From the NCBI GenBank assembly GCA_963779855.1, contig CAWAAE010000006.1, positions 288,963-352,962 of the forward strand: 64,000 bases of DNA, given 5' to 3'. The notes under the pieces were generated by a model. That model was not told where the DNA came from. It worked only from the letters and a program-made list of their open reading frames with translations, and made no database searches. The DNA comes from an uncultured Alphaproteobacteria bacterium. GTDB lineage: Bacteria; Pseudomonadota; Alphaproteobacteria; Rhizobiales; Xanthobacteraceae. Positions 9,851 to 20,712 of the stretch are shown here, in pieces. Numbering within the stretch: the first letter of the stretch is position 1; every line of letters begins with the position of its first letter. Position numbers and translations under genes: made by a program.

Positions 9851-10999
9851 TTATTCACCCCGATAGACAAGATGGGACCGCGGGCCGAGACGGGTGAGAA
9901 TCTCATATCCGATTGTGCCGGCGGCGGCGGCGACATCGTCGATGGCGATCTCTGGGCCGATCAGCGTGGCGGGGCCGCCGCGATGCACTGCGCCATCGGG
10001 AAGATCGGTCACGTCGATACAGATCAGGTCCATCGAAATGCGCCCTACGATCGGGCAGCGCTTGGCGGCGACGATCGCCGAGCCGCCGTGCCGCTCATCG
10101 GTGCCGCTGCCGGCGCGCACGAGCCCATCGGCATAGCCGAGCGCCACGATAGCAATGCGCGAGGCGCGTTTCGCCGTCCATGTCGCGTCATAGCCGACCG
10201 TGTCGTCGCGAGCGACGCTGCGTAACTGCAAGATGCGACCGGTCAATTCGACGACGCTCTGCATGGGGTTGGCGCGGCCCGGAGTGGGATTGACCCCGTA
10301 AAGGGCGGCGCCCGGCCGCGCCAGATCGAAATGCGCCGAATCGCTGAGGAAAATGCCGGAGGAATTGACCAGCGAAGCGGGGATGCCCGGGTAAAGCAAA
10401 TGGAGTTCGCGAAACAGCTGGATCTGCTTGGCATTAAGCGGATGGTCGGGAATTTCGGCGCAGGCGAGGTGGCTCAGCAACAGCGCAATGCCGTGATTCT
10501 CGGTCTGCGCGCGCGGCGCAAGCGCTGCGGCTTCGTCCGGTGAAATGCCGAGCCGATGCATGCCGGTGTCGACCTGCAGCGCGGCGCCGCCTTGCCAGGC
10601 ACGGGCGCCGACGAACGCGTCCCACTCCGCAAGCTCGGTCGTTGAGTTGATCACCGGCCGCGCATTGATGTCGATAAATCCCTCGCCCCAATCGGGCGTA
10701 AAGCCGTCGAGAACGTAGATCGTCGCGTCACGCGCGCATGCGCGCACGGAACGCGCTTCGGCAAGATCGGCGACAAAGAACGTCTTGCAGCCGGCCCGCA
10801 GCAGCGTCGAAGTCACCTGTTGCAGGCCGAGGCCATAGGCATTGGCTTTGACCACGGCCGCGCATTCGACGGTCAGGAGCCGGTGCGCCAACGCGCGCCA
10901 ATTGGCCTCGATGGCGCCGAGATCGATGGTCAGCGTGCCGCCGGTCTCGATCGCTGCCGGGCTGGGGACCGGTGGGGAAAGTTGTCTTGCGCGCGCCAT
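9851..10999 (-). CDS. alr: alanine racemase
   Basis: PLP-lysine motif AVVKANAYGLG and the overall length are typical of Alr. Confidence 0.9.
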   Translation of the reverse strand: MARARQLSPPVPSPAAIETGGTLTIDLGAIEANWRALAHRLLTVECAAVVKANAYGLGLQQVTSTLLRAGCKTFFVADLAEARSVRACARDATIYVLDGFTPDWGEGFIDINARPVINSTTELAEWDAFVGARAWQGGAALQVDTGMHRLGISPDEAAALAPRAQTENHGIALLLSHLACAEIPDHPLNAKQIQLFRELHLLYPGIPASLVNSSGIFLSDSAHFDLARPGAALYGVNPTPGRANPMQSVVELTGRILQLRSVARDDTVGYDATWTAKRASRIAIVALGYADGLVRAGSGTDERHGGSAIVAAKRCPIVGRISMDLICIDVTDLPDGAVHRGGPATLIGPEIAIDDVAAAAGTIGYEILTRLGPRSHLVYRGE

Positions 11000-11052
11000 C
11001 AGCGCGTTATGGCTGGCATAGCGGCCGCGGTAAAGCGGGGTGCGGGTGCCGC

Positions 11053-12544
11053 CTAAAAGTCTCGCCGATGCGCCGAATCGAGATTGCCAAAGCGCGTCAC
11101 GGCGGCATCGAATTGCAATTCGACGGTCCCCGTTGGGCCATGGCGCTGTTTGCCGATGATTACCTCGGCCTTGCCGTCGACGCGATTGCCTTCAGCCAGC
11201 CATTCCTCAAATTTTTCGCGGCTGGATTCCAGAGGCTTGCGCATCTGGTGATAGTATTCCTCGCGGAACACGAACAACACGACGTCGGCGTCCTGCTCGA
11301 TGGAGCCCGACTCGCGCAGGTCGGAAAGTTGCGGCCGCTTGTCGTCGCGGTTTTCGACTTGTCGCGACAATTGCGACAGAGCGAGTATCGGGATGTTGAG
11401 TTCCTTGGCGAGCGCCTTGAGCCGGGTTGTAATCTCGGTGACCTCCTGCACGCGGTTTTCATTTGATCGGCGGTTGGAGCCCTGCAGAAGCTGGACGTAG
11501 TCGATCACCAGAAGATCGAGGCCGCGCTGTCGCTTTAATCGCCGCGCTCGCGCCGCCAATTGGCCGATCGAGAGACCGCCGGTCTCGTCGACGTAGAACG
11601 GCAGGTTCTGCAGTTCGATCGAAACGTCCTTGATCTTCTCGAAGTCGCCTTCGTCGATGCCGCCGCGGCGGATCTTGTTCGACGGTATGCCGGTCTGTTC
11701 GGCGATAATTCGGGTGGCAAGCTGTTCGGCCGACATTTCGAGCGAGAAAAAGCCGACGATGCCGCCGTTGACAGTTGCCGTATGGCCGTCGGCACGGACC
11801 TCGCCGGCCCAGGCCTTGGCGACGTTGTATGCGATATTGGTGGCAAGCGCGGTTTTGCCCATGCCCGGGCGGCCGGCAAGGATGATCAGATCGGAGGGCT
11901 GTAGCCCGCCCATCCTGGTATCGAGGTCGGTCAGGCCGGTTGCGAGGCCCGACAGGCTGCCGTCGCGCTGATAGGCGCGGGCCGCCATGTCGACCGCGGT
12001 GGTCAGCGCCTGGGCGAAGCGCTGAAAGCCCGTATCGTACCGTCCGGTCTCGGCGATTTCATAGAGTCTGCGCTCGGCGTCCTCGATGTGACTGATCGGC
12101 GTCGAGTTCGACCGGCGCGTCATAGGCCAAGTTGACCATATCCTCGCCGATCGCGATCAGATCGCGGCGCACCGAGAGATCGTAAACGGTGCGGCCATAG
12201 TCCTCGGCATTGATGATCGTCGTCGCCTCGGCGGCAAGACGCGCCAGATATTGATTGACCGAGAGACCGGCGATGTCGACATCACCCGGCAGAAAGGTCT
12301 TCAGAGTCACCGGCGTCGCCAGTTTGTTGGCGCGGACAAGTCCACCCGCGAGCTCGAAAATGCGCTGATGGATGGGCTCGAAGAAATGTTTGGATTCGAG
12401 GAAGTCGGAGACGCGGTAAAACGCCTCGTTATTGACGAGGATCGCGCCGAGCAGTGCCTGTTCGGCCTCGATATTGTGCGGCGCGGTACGGAACGTCGGC
12501 TCCGGTGGCGCCTGCTTGCGTGCGGTCGAATCGAATACCGGCAT
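11053..12544 (-). CDS. dnaB: replicative DNA helicase DnaB, reading frame interrupted once as sequenced
   Basis: The N-terminal domain is in ORF 12059-12544 (PHNIEAEQALLGAIL). The RecA-like domain is in ORF 11053-12123 (GRPGMGKTALATN, LSQLSR). The two pieces are in different frames and join near 12088-12093. Confidence 0.9.
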
Positions 12545-12827
12545 GGTCGATCAAAAGAATCGCGAGCTGTGGCCGATTTGCGGCGTATGGCCGAAATACG
12601 GCAGGTGAAAAATTTGGATTGCTACTCAACATCGTGGATCACTCAACGACAGCGGCACATTGCGTATTCGCAACCGTCACGCAACCACGCTTCGTCGATA
12701 GTCGAGCGGCGGGGCAATGGGAAATCCTCATTGCGCCTTTCCCCGCTACGCACCGCCCCACCGTGACAGCGTCGATAGATGCCGATTGGCTCTTGACGCG
12801 AGCCTTCGGCAAGCGGATGCCGCCGAA

Positions 12828-14090
12828 CTACTCGCCGGCAAGTCGCAACGGCACGGAATAGCCGGCTTCGATGCCGCGCAAGCGCGCCTCTTCGCGCGCG
12901 ATGTAATCGCGCGTCGCCGGCATGAGACCCTTGCGCTTGGCCGCCTGAATTTGGAATACGACCATATCGCCCTCGCGGAACGCCATCTCCGAGCAGGCGA
13001 GATAGAATTCCCACATTCGGACAAAGCGCTGGTCGTAGAGCCGCACCACCTCGTCGCGGTGGGCGAGGAAACGCTCGCGCCATGCCTTGAGCGTCTCGGC
13101 ATAGTGCAGCTGCAAAACTTCCACGTCGGCGACGATGAGGTGCGCGCGCTCGATGGCGGGCAGCAGTTCCGACAGTGCCGGAATATAGCCGCCGGGAAAG
13201 ATGTATTTGGCGATCCAGGGATTGGTAATGCTCGGAGGGCCGCTGCGTCCGATCGTATGCAGCAGCATGACGCCGTCATCGGCTAACAGGTTCGCACACT
13301 TGCCGAAGTAGGTGTCATAAAACCCGACGCCAACGTGCTCGAACATGCCAACCGATACGATGCGGTCGAAGCGGCCGTCGACGTCGCGATAGTCTATGAG
13401 CCGGAACGTCGTATCGCGGGTGCGGCCGCGCTCAAGCGCCCGGTTTTGCGCGCGCTGGAATTGCTCCTGCGACAGCGTAATTCCGGTGACGCGTGCGCCG
13501 GCAATTTCGGCGAGATAGAGCGCAAGGCCGCCCCAACCGCAACCGATATCCAGCACCGAAGCGCCGGGTTTTAGGCGCAGTTTGGCGGCAAGATGACGCT
13601 TCTTGGCGAGTTGCGCATCGTCAAGCGACTGGTCCGGCGAGTCGAAATAGGCGCAGCTATATTGCTGATCGCCGTCGAGGAAGAGCGAATAGAGCCGGCC
13701 GTCGAGATCGTAGTGGTGCGCCACGTTGTGGCGGGCACGGGACCGCAAATTCAACTGCTGCAAGCGGCGCAATAGGTAGCGCACGAGCCGGGGCAGCGCC
13801 CAGTTCGGCGTGGCGACGGGCTCCTGGCGCAGCAGGATCGCAAGCACGTCCGCAATTGAGCCTTGTTCGACGACAAGGGTGCCGTCCATATAGGCTTCGC
13901 CGAGCTTCAGCTCGGGATCCATCAAGACCGCGCGTTGCGCCCCTGCCGTGGTGAAGCGCACCGCGACGGGCGGCCCCCTGCCATCCCCGAAGGTGTATGT
14001 GGATCCTGCCGCCGTCGTGACTGTAAAAGACCCGCGGCGGATATACCGACGTAAAAATATGAGCAGCAACCCATCCACTGCCGCCTCCAC
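12828..14090 (-). CDS. cfa: cyclopropane-fatty-acyl-phospholipid synthase family SAM-dependent methyltransferase
   Basis: SAM-binding motif VLDIGCGWGGLALYLA and the conserved C-terminal part (MWEFYLA..E..F). Confidence 0.85.
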   Translation of the reverse strand: MEAAVDGLLLIFLRRYIRRGSFTVTTAAGSTYTFGDGRGPPVAVRFTTAGAQRAVLMDPELKLGEAYMDGTLVVEQGSIADVLAILLRQEPVATPNWALPRLVRYLLRRLQQLNLRSRARHNVAHHYDLDGRLYSLFLDGDQQYSCAYFDSPDQSLDDAQLAKKRHLAAKLRLKPGASVLDIGCGWGGLALYLAEIAGARVTGITLSQEQFQRAQNRALERGRTRDTTFRLIDYRDVDGRFDRIVSVGMFEHVGVGFYDTYFGKCANLLADDGVMLLHTIGRSGPPSITNPWIAKYIFPGGYIPALSELLPAIERAHLIVADVEVLQLHYAETLKAWRERFLAHRDEVVRLYDQRFVRMWEFYLACSEMAFREGDMVVFQIQAAKRKGLMPATRDYIAREEARLRGIEAGYSVPLRLAGE

Positions 14091-14303
14091 GCTTTACAAA
14101 GCTCCGTTGCGCAACCTGCGACGATTGGCGCTTCTTTCGCCTTGGCGGCCTTTCGGCCGCTCAATCAGCCTGTTGCGCGAGCGAGCCTTCTTGGTTGCCG
14201 TTATTAAAACAAAATCCTCCGTAACCAGCAATGCCGCGAAAGTGTCCCAGGGGGCTGCCAAGCCACGCTCGCATTCGTCCGCTATTGGGGTAAGGCTATC
14301 GGG

Positions 14304-15011
14304 GTGAGTATGATCGTCAGGCCGTTGAGACTTGAGGAGGTCAGTGTGTTTCGGCGACTTGCGACTGCGATCGGGCTCGCTGCGGGCTTGGCCGCGGCCA
14401 TGTTTCCGATGCTGGCGCGCGCCCAGGTCAATATCGACCAGGGCAAGTCGCCGGCTGAGATATACACAAACGATTGTGCGACCTGCCATAAGACCCTGCG
14501 AGGCTTGGCCGTCGGCAAGAACAGCTTGATGCTTTCAAGCTTCTTGCGCGAGCACTATACGGCGAGCCCCGAGCAGGCGTCGGCGCTCGCCGCTTACGTC
14601 CTCGGCGCAGGGGGCAGGGAACCGGCGCCACAGGCGTCCAAGCCAAAGCCGGACCTGGAGCACGCCAGGGCCGAGGAACCCAAAGCTGGGGAGCCCAAGC
14701 CCGGGGAGCCTAAGCCCGGGGAGCCCAAGCCCGGGGAGCCTAAGACTGCAGCCCACCCGCTCGGGGCATCGGTAAAGCCCGAGGAGGGGAAGCGGTCGAC
14801 GGAGCAAGAAGCCAAGCACGAGGAACACGCCGCGCCGACGCCCGCCACGAACGAGACGCCGGGTACGGCTGCGACGCCAAGTCCTGCGTTAGGCCCCGCT
14901 CCAAGTCCTGCTTCAAATCCGGAAACCAGCCCGACCACTAGCGCGGCCATACCGGCGGAGGAGCAGCCAACCGCGGGCGTGACGGTGCCACGCGACAATA
15001 TACCGGACTAA
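14304..15011 (+). CDS. secreted CxxCH-motif protein with Pro/Glu/Lys-rich repetitive tail (putative c-type haem-binding)
   Basis: Signal peptide ending ARA-QV and a single CATCH motif, followed by EPKPG repeats and a Pro/Ala/Thr-rich C-terminus. The start codon is uncertain. Confidence 0.55.
   Translation: MSMIVRPLRLEEVSVFRRLATAIGLAAGLAAAMFPMLARAQVNIDQGKSPAEIYTNDCATCHKTLRGLAVGKNSLMLSSFLREHYTASPEQASALAAYVLGAGGREPAPQASKPKPDLEHARAEEPKAGEPKPGEPKPGEPKPGEPKTAAHPLGASVKPEEGKRSTEQEAKHEEHAAPTPATNETPGTAATPSPALGPAPSPASNPETSPTTSAAIPAEEQPTAGVTVPRDNIPD
14676..14750 (+). repeat. 15-bp tandem repeat x5 inside the CDS (EPKAG-EPKPG-EPKPG-EPKPG-EPKTA)
   Basis: gagcc(c/t)aagcccggg units are read directly from the sequence. 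The three central units are near-identical. Confidence 0.9.
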
Positions 15012-15049
15012 GGATCATCCGGCCGATCCGGTCAGCTCTTCGAGGGCGC

Positions 15050-15652
15050 CTACTGGGTTTCAGCCGCTTCCGCACTTTCATCCTGGCGCGAAGATTCTCC
15101 GGCCCCCGGCTCGAAGAATTTCTCCGCCGCCATGATTGCGGCTTCCGCTTCGGTCGTCTCGCGCAATTGCGTGACATCCTCGCCGCGCGCAATGCGTGCC
15201 GCCTCGTCATCATTTCGGGCGACGATGATGGTAATGGCGGTTTCGACATCGGGATGCAGCGTAATCGGCACTTTATGCTGGCCGATCGTCTTGATTGGGA
15301 TGTTAAGCGCGATCTGATTGCGGTTCACGCGAAAACCGGCATCGCCGATCAGCGTGACAAGGTCGCGCGGCGACACCGAACCAAACAGCTGCCCGGCTTC
15401 TGATGCTTGTCGCAGCACGGTGAAGCTCTTTCCGTCGAGATTTTCCGCGACTTGAGACGCCTCGGTCTTGAGCGTCAGCGAGCGCGCTTCAAGTTCGCTC
15501 TTCATCGTTTCAAAACGCGTGCGATTTTCGTCCGTCGCGCGCAATGCTTTGCCGCGCGGCAGCAAGAAGTTCCGAGCAAAGCCGTCTTTCACGCGCACAA
15601 CGTCGCCCATCTGACCCAGTCTGGCGACACGCTCGAGTAGGATCACTTCCAT
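15050..15652 (-). CDS. rplI: 50S ribosomal protein L9
   Basis: [36 protein letters not shown] is the canonical L9 N-terminus. It is the last gene of rpsF-rpsR-rplI. Confidence 0.95.
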   Translation of the reverse strand: MEVILLERVARLGQMGDVVRVKDGFARNFLLPRGKALRATDENRTRFETMKSELEARSLTLKTEASQVAENLDGKSFTVLRQASEAGQLFGSVSPRDLVTLIGDAGFRVNRNQIALNIPIKTIGQHKVPITLHPDVETAITIIVARNDDEAARIARGEDVTQLRETTEAEAAIMAAEKFFEPGAGESSRQDESAEAAETQ

Positions 15653-15662
15653 GGCGGCCTCC

Positions 15663-15908
15663 TCAGCGGATCACGTAGGGCAGGAGGCCGAGAAACCGCG
15701 CGCGCTTGATCGCCTGGGCGAGTTCACGCTGCTTTTTCGCCGAGACCGCGGTGATGCGACTTGGAACGATTTTGCCGCGCTCCGAAACGAAACGCTGCAA
15801 GAGCTTGACGTCTTTGTAGTCGATCTTGGGCGCGTTGGCGCCGGAAAACGGGCAGCTTTTGCGGCGGCGGAAGAAGGGACGGCGACCGCCAGCGCCTTGC
15901 GGTGACAT
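15663..15908 (-). CDS. rpsR: 30S ribosomal protein S18
   Basis: [15 protein letters not shown]...[25 protein letters not shown]. Confidence 0.95.
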   Translation of the reverse strand: MSPQGAGGRRPFFRRRKSCPFSGANAPKIDYKDVKLLQRFVSERGKIVPSRITAVSAKKQRELAQAIKRARFLGLLPYVIR

Positions 15909-15916
15909 CGCCATGA

Positions 15917-16378
15917 TCAATTCTCCACTAAGCTATCGGAATCGCCGGAGCCCTCACGCGGCCGCCGGTCACGATCACGCGGCCGGTCCCCTCGGTCACC
16001 CCGATCAAATCGGTCACCTCGGTCGCCCCGGCGGTCGTCGCGGTCACGATCGCGCTCGGCGCGGCGCATCATGGCGGAAGGGCCTTCTTCGAGCGCGTCG
16101 ACCCTGATCGTCAGATAGCGCAGAACATCCTCGTTGAGGCGTTCCAGCCGTTCGATCTCGTTGATTGCCGGCGGCGGAGCGTCGACATCCATCAGCGTGA
16201 AATGCGCCTTGCGGTTCTTGCGCAGGCGATAGGAGAGCGATTTCACGCCCCAGTATTCAGTCTTTTTGACCGACCCGCCGAGGCCTTCGATGACGCCCTT
16301 CAATTGTGCGGTCAATTCCTCGACCTGCGGCACGCTGGCGTCCTGGCGCGCAAGATACACGTGTTCATAGAGCGGCAT
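15917..16378 (-). CDS. rpsF: 30S ribosomal protein S6
   Basis: [13 protein letters not shown]...[11 protein letters not shown] with a charged RD-rich C-terminal tail. Confidence 0.95.
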   Translation of the reverse strand: MPLYEHVYLARQDASVPQVEELTAQLKGVIEGLGGSVKKTEYWGVKSLSYRLRKNRKAHFTLMDVDAPPPAINEIERLERLNEDVLRYLTIRVDALEEGPSAMMRRAERDRDRDDRRGDRGDRFDRGDRGDRPRDRDRRPREGSGDSDSLVEN

Positions 16379-16619
16379 AGATGCCCTTTCCTCATTAGTC
16401 GTGCTCGCCCAGGCGCGAAGCCCCTCGAACCCTTCGGGAAAGGCTCGAATGCTCTGAAGGCGGGAACACCGGACGCCAGACCACCAAGTCGTATCTTGGG
16501 GTCTTACCGCGCTTTCAGGATATATACGCGGCCGTCCGTTCAGCCCCCGGCCAGGGTCGAGCGGAAGGCGGCCTTATACGCGGCAGGGCTAAAAAGGCAA
16601 TAGATCAGTCAATGCAGCC

Positions 16620-16841
16620 TCAGCGGTCCGCATTTTGGATCAGTTCGGCGAGCCGCACTGCGAGTTCGACACCCTCGCGCAACCGTTTTGCGCCGTCGCC
16701 GCGGGATGGCGCGGACCCACGCAGCTTCTTCATCTCCGACAGCAGGGCCTCGAGGTTTTGCTCAAGGAGCCGCTGACGAAATACCGGGTCCAAACGCGCG
16801 CGCGAAAGGTCGGCATCGGTGACCGGCGAGAAAGTGCTCAT
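16620..16841 (-). CDS. small hypothetical protein (73 aa)
   Basis: The ORF has G+C-rich third codon positions consistent with coding. I recognise no family. Confidence 0.45.
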   Translation of the reverse strand: MSTFSPVTDADLSRARLDPVFRQRLLEQNLEALLSEMKKLRGSAPSRGDGAKRLREGVELAVRLAELIQNADR

Positions 16842-17012
16842 AAAGCGCGCTCGCGATGAATTACCGGGACAAATATCCGGAATTTGCCATCTTATCGAGC
16901 TGCGGTTGTCGTTTTATTACGGCGTCCGCATTCTTGACACGGCCCTCATCACGGTATCTCTCGCCCCTTCTTGGTGAGGCGAATTCGCGTTTTCAGGCGG
17001 GGTTTTTGGCAT

Positions 17013-17960
17013 ATGGCGGCGGCGGCGTTCGTTTTTCCCGGCCAGGGCAGTCAAGCCGTCGGCATGGGCAAGGGTCTGGCCGAGGCATTCGCACCGGCGC
17101 GCCGGGTCTTCGAAGAAGTCGATACGGCATTGGGCGAGCGGCTCAGCGACATCATTTGGAACGGGCCGGCCGACATGCTGACGCTTACTGAAAATGCACA
17201 GCCTGCCCTGATGGCGGTCTCGCTCGCGGCGATACGCGTGCTTGAAGAGGAGGGCGGTATCGACCTTAGGCGCGACGCAACCTTCGTTGCCGGGCACTCG
17301 CTCGGAGAATATTCGGCGCTTGCGGCCGCAGGCGCGCTCTCGATCGCCGATGCGGCGCGGCTCTTGCGCATCCGCGGCCGCGCCATGCAGAGGGCCGTGG
17401 CCGTCGGCGCAGGCGCCATGGCCGCACTCATCGGCCTCGAACTCGGTGACGTCAAAGCGATTGCGGGGGAGGTGGCGAGCGTCGGCGTTTGCGCCGCCGC
17501 GAATGACAATGGCGGTGGACAGGTCGTCTTGTCGGGCGCGAAACCAGCGGTCGAACGCGCGGTGGAGCTGGCAAAACTTCGTGGGGCGAAGCGGGCGATG
17601 ATGCTGTCGGTCTCCGCACCGTTCCACTGCCCACTTATGCAACCTGCCGCCGATGCGATGGCCAAGGCGCTGACGAAAGTCTCGGTCAAAGCTCCGATTG
17701 TTCCGCTGGTCGCGAATGTGCTGGCGCGACCGATCAGCGAACCGGCAGAAATCGTACGTTGCCTTGTCGAGCAGGTGACCGGCACGGTTCGTTGGCGGGA
17801 ATCCATTCTTTTTATGGTGCAGTCAGGCGTGACCTCTTTCTACGAAATCGGCGCCGGCAGAGTGTTGACCGGCTTGATCAAGCGTATCGCGGAGACAGCG
17901 ACCGCCTCGGCGATCGGCACCCCTGACGACCTGACCCGGTTCAACGCCACGCGCGGATGA
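17013..17960 (+). CDS. fabD: ACP S-malonyltransferase
   Basis: FVFPGQGSQAVGMG and the active-site motif GHSLGEYSAL. Confidence 0.95.
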   Translation: MAAAAFVFPGQGSQAVGMGKGLAEAFAPARRVFEEVDTALGERLSDIIWNGPADMLTLTENAQPALMAVSLAAIRVLEEEGGIDLRRDATFVAGHSLGEYSALAAAGALSIADAARLLRIRGRAMQRAVAVGAGAMAALIGLELGDVKAIAGEVASVGVCAAANDNGGGQVVLSGAKPAVERAVELAKLRGAKRAMMLSVSAPFHCPLMQPAADAMAKALTKVSVKAPIVPLVANVLARPISEPAEIVRCLVEQVTGTVRWRESILFMVQSGVTSFYEIGAGRVLTGLIKRIAETATASAIGTPDDLTRFNATRG

Positions 17961-17996
17961 GCTATTGCTGGTTGCGTTGACGGCCGAGGAGGCCAA

Positions 17997-18734
17997 ATGT
18001 TCGAGCTTACCGGAAAAACTGCGCTCGTTACCGGGGCGACCGGCACTATCGGCGGCACCATCGCCCGCACTCTCCATGGCCAGGGTGCTACGATCGCTAT
18101 TTCCGGCACGCGGCGGGAGATCCTCGATCAACTCGCGGCGGAACTCGGCGAGCGCGTGCATGTCGTGCCGTGCAATCTCGCCGATCCGGTCGAAACCGAA
18201 GCTCTGGTGCCGCGCGCCGAAGACGCGATGGGGCAGCTCGACATTCTGGTCGCCAATGCCGGTGTCACCAGAGATAACCTTCTTGTGCAATTGCGCGACG
18301 AGGACTGGGAACTGGTCATCACCATTAATTTGTCCGCCACCTTCCGTCTCGCGCGCGCCGCCGTGCGCGGCATGATGCGCCGCCGCTTCGGGCGCGTTAT
18401 CGCGATCACCTCGGTGGTCGGGACGACCGGCAATGCGGGGCAAGCCAATTATGTCGCCGCCAAAGCCGGGATTACCGGCATGATAAAGGCAATGGCGCAG
18501 GAATATGCCAAGCGCGGCGTGACCGCCAATTGCGTTGCGCCCGGGTTCATCGTCACCCCGATGACGGACAAGCTCAACGATAAGCAGCGGGAAACGATTG
18601 TCGCGAAAATTCCGGCAAACCGCGCCGGCACCCCTGAAGAGGTGGCGGCCGCGGTGGTGTTTCTCGCCTCGAACGAGGCTGCCTATGTCACTGGGCAGAC
18701 TTTGCATGTGAATGGCGGAATGGCCATGATTTGA
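17997..18734 (+). CDS. fabG: 3-oxoacyl-ACP reductase
   Basis: TGATGTIGG, NAG and YVAAKAG motifs, with C-terminal HVNGGMAMI. Confidence 0.95.
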   Translation: MFELTGKTALVTGATGTIGGTIARTLHGQGATIAISGTRREILDQLAAELGERVHVVPCNLADPVETEALVPRAEDAMGQLDILVANAGVTRDNLLVQLRDEDWELVITINLSATFRLARAAVRGMMRRRFGRVIAITSVVGTTGNAGQANYVAAKAGITGMIKAMAQEYAKRGVTANCVAPGFIVTPMTDKLNDKQRETIVAKIPANRAGTPEEVAAAVVFLASNEAAYVTGQTLHVNGGMAMI

Positions 18735-18985
18735 AGGCGATAAGGTTCACGGTGGAGACATGCGGCCGCGCTGGTCAACGCATTTGAAGTGTGGTAACCG
18801 AACCGAAATTGGGCTGGGGGAGCCGGAATGCCGGAGCGCGGGGCGAAACGTCCGCCTCTAATCGGTGTCGACCCGATTGAACTTGTCGGCCCGTCGACAA
18901 GCTCAATGAAGGACTTATCAATGAAGAACTTGGACGGGATTAAAGCTAGGCTGATTGGGTCGCGTTGAAAGATGAGGTCGGAACG

Positions 18986-19225
18986 ATGAGTGATATTGGC
19001 GAGCGGGTGAAAAAAATCGTCGTGGAGCATCTTGGCGTCGAGCCCGACAAGGTGACGGAAAACGCCAGCTTCATCGACGATCTCGGCGCCGACAGCCTCG
19101 ACACCGTCGAGCTCGTCATGGCCTTCGAGGAAGAATTTGGTTGCGAAATCCCCGACGATGCGGCCGAGACCATTCTGACGGTTGGCGACGCAATCAAGTT
19201 TCTTGAAAAAAACGCCAAGAGCTGA
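18986..19225 (+). CDS. acpP: acyl carrier protein
   Basis: [12 protein letters not shown]...[20 protein letters not shown], including the phosphopantetheine serine motif. Confidence 0.97.
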   Translation: MSDIGERVKKIVVEHLGVEPDKVTENASFIDDLGADSLDTVELVMAFEEEFGCEIPDDAAETILTVGDAIKFLEKNAKS

Positions 19226-19376
19226 CCGTCGGCAACGCCCGGCAGCTATTGCATGTATTGCAGGCTATGCTGCGAGCACCGCACATCGTCATGTGCGGGC
19301 CGCCGCTGTTCGAGCGGTTCTTGACGGATAGCGCGGGCATCGGCCGTAATTACCGGCGCCGCCAGGGGTGTCCTTG

Positions 19377-20642
19377 ATGCGACGGGTCGTCGTCACGGGT
19401 CTTGGATTGGTGACCCCGCTCGCTTGCGGGACCGAGCAAACGTGGCAGCGGTTGCTGGCCGGCGAGAGCGGGATCAAACGCATCGAAAAATTCGAGGTTT
19501 CGGATATCGCCTGCAGGATTGCCGGCCAGGTTCCACGCGGCGACGGCTCGGCTGGCAGCTTCAATGCCGACGACTGGATGGAACCCAAAGAGCAGCGCAA
19601 GGTCGACGACTTCATCCTCTTTGCCATGGCTGCGGCCACGCAAGCGCTCAACGATGCGAATTGGCACCCGCGCGAATATGACGATCAGGTCGTAAGCGGC
19701 GTTCTGATCGGTTCCGGAATTGGCGGCGTCGAAGGCATTGCGGAAACCGCCCTCGTCCTGCGCGACCGTGGTCCACGTCGCGTTTCGCCGTTCTTCATCC
19801 CCGGCCGGCTCATCAATCTCGCGTCGGGATACGTGTCGATCGCGCATTCGCTCAAGGGACCCAATCATGCCGTGGTGACCGCCTGTTCGACCGGCGCTCA
19901 CGCCATCGGCGATGCCGGCAGACTGATTGCGCTTGGCGACGCCGACGTGATGGTGGCGGGCGGCACTAAATCGCCCGTCAACCGCATCTCGCTCGCCGGC
20001 TTTGCCGCATGCCGGGCGCTGTCGACCGGGTTCAACGACGCGCCCGAACGCGCGTCGCGGCCCTACGACCGCGATCGCGATGGATTTGTCATGGGCGAGG
20101 GCGCGGGCGCGGTGGTCCTCGAAGCATACGATCACGCCAAACGGCGTGGCGCGCGCATCTATGCCGAGCTTATCGGATATGGACTGTCCGGCGACGCATT
20201 TCACATCACCGCGCCGTCCGCGGACGGCGATGGCGCATTTCGCTGCATGACCGCCGCCATTCGCCGTGCGGGCGTTGCGGCCGGCGACATCGACTACATC
20301 AACGCCCATGGCACCTCGACGCCGCTCGGCGACGAGATCGAGCTCAAGGCCGTTGAGCGTCTCGTCGGCAATGCCGCCGGCCGCATTGCGATGTCGTCGA
20401 CAAAATCCTCAATCGGTCATCTGCTCGGCGCAGCCGGTGCCGTCGAGGCAATTTTCTGCATGCTTGCAATGCGCGACCAGGTGTTGCCGCCCACGATCAA
20501 CCTGGACAACCCGTCGGTCGCGACAGCGATTGATCTTGTGCCGCATAAGGCCCGCAGGCGGCCGGTCGAGATCGCGCTGTCGAATTCATTCGGATTTGGC
20601 GGTACCAACGCTTCCCTCGTTTTCCGCAGGGTGGCGCAATAG
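19377..20642 (+). CDS. fabF: beta-ketoacyl-ACP synthase II
   Basis: MRRVVVTGLG, active-site ACSTGAH, HGTSTPLGD and SIGHLLGAAG. Confidence 0.95.
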   Translation: MRRVVVTGLGLVTPLACGTEQTWQRLLAGESGIKRIEKFEVSDIACRIAGQVPRGDGSAGSFNADDWMEPKEQRKVDDFILFAMAAATQALNDANWHPREYDDQVVSGVLIGSGIGGVEGIAETALVLRDRGPRRVSPFFIPGRLINLASGYVSIAHSLKGPNHAVVTACSTGAHAIGDAGRLIALGDADVMVAGGTKSPVNRISLAGFAACRALSTGFNDAPERASRPYDRDRDGFVMGEGAGAVVLEAYDHAKRRGARIYAELIGYGLSGDAFHITAPSADGDGAFRCMTAAIRRAGVAAGDIDYINAHGTSTPLGDEIELKAVERLVGNAAGRIAMSSTKSSIGHLLGAAGAVEAIFCMLAMRDQVLPPTINLDNPSVATAIDLVPHKARRRPVEIALSNSFGFGGTNASLVFRRVAQ

Positions 20643-20712
20643 TGCGATCAATCGCCGTTTCGCCATATTTGCTCCTCACTCGCCTGCGATCCACTGACCA
20701 TCTTGCTCATGG

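Noticed and set aside
12081-12100. Programmed ribosomal frameshifting as an explanation for the dnaB break (and similarly for clpA at 50885).
   Set aside because: There is no slippery heptamer or downstream structure at either site, and no precedent for recoding in these genes. A simple 1-nt indel explains each break.
16379-16619. The rpsF 5' leader as the S6:S18-binding autoregulatory RNA motif.
   Set aside because: This is plausible from its position upstream of rpsF-rpsR. I could not identify the conserved structure by eye, so I did not call it.
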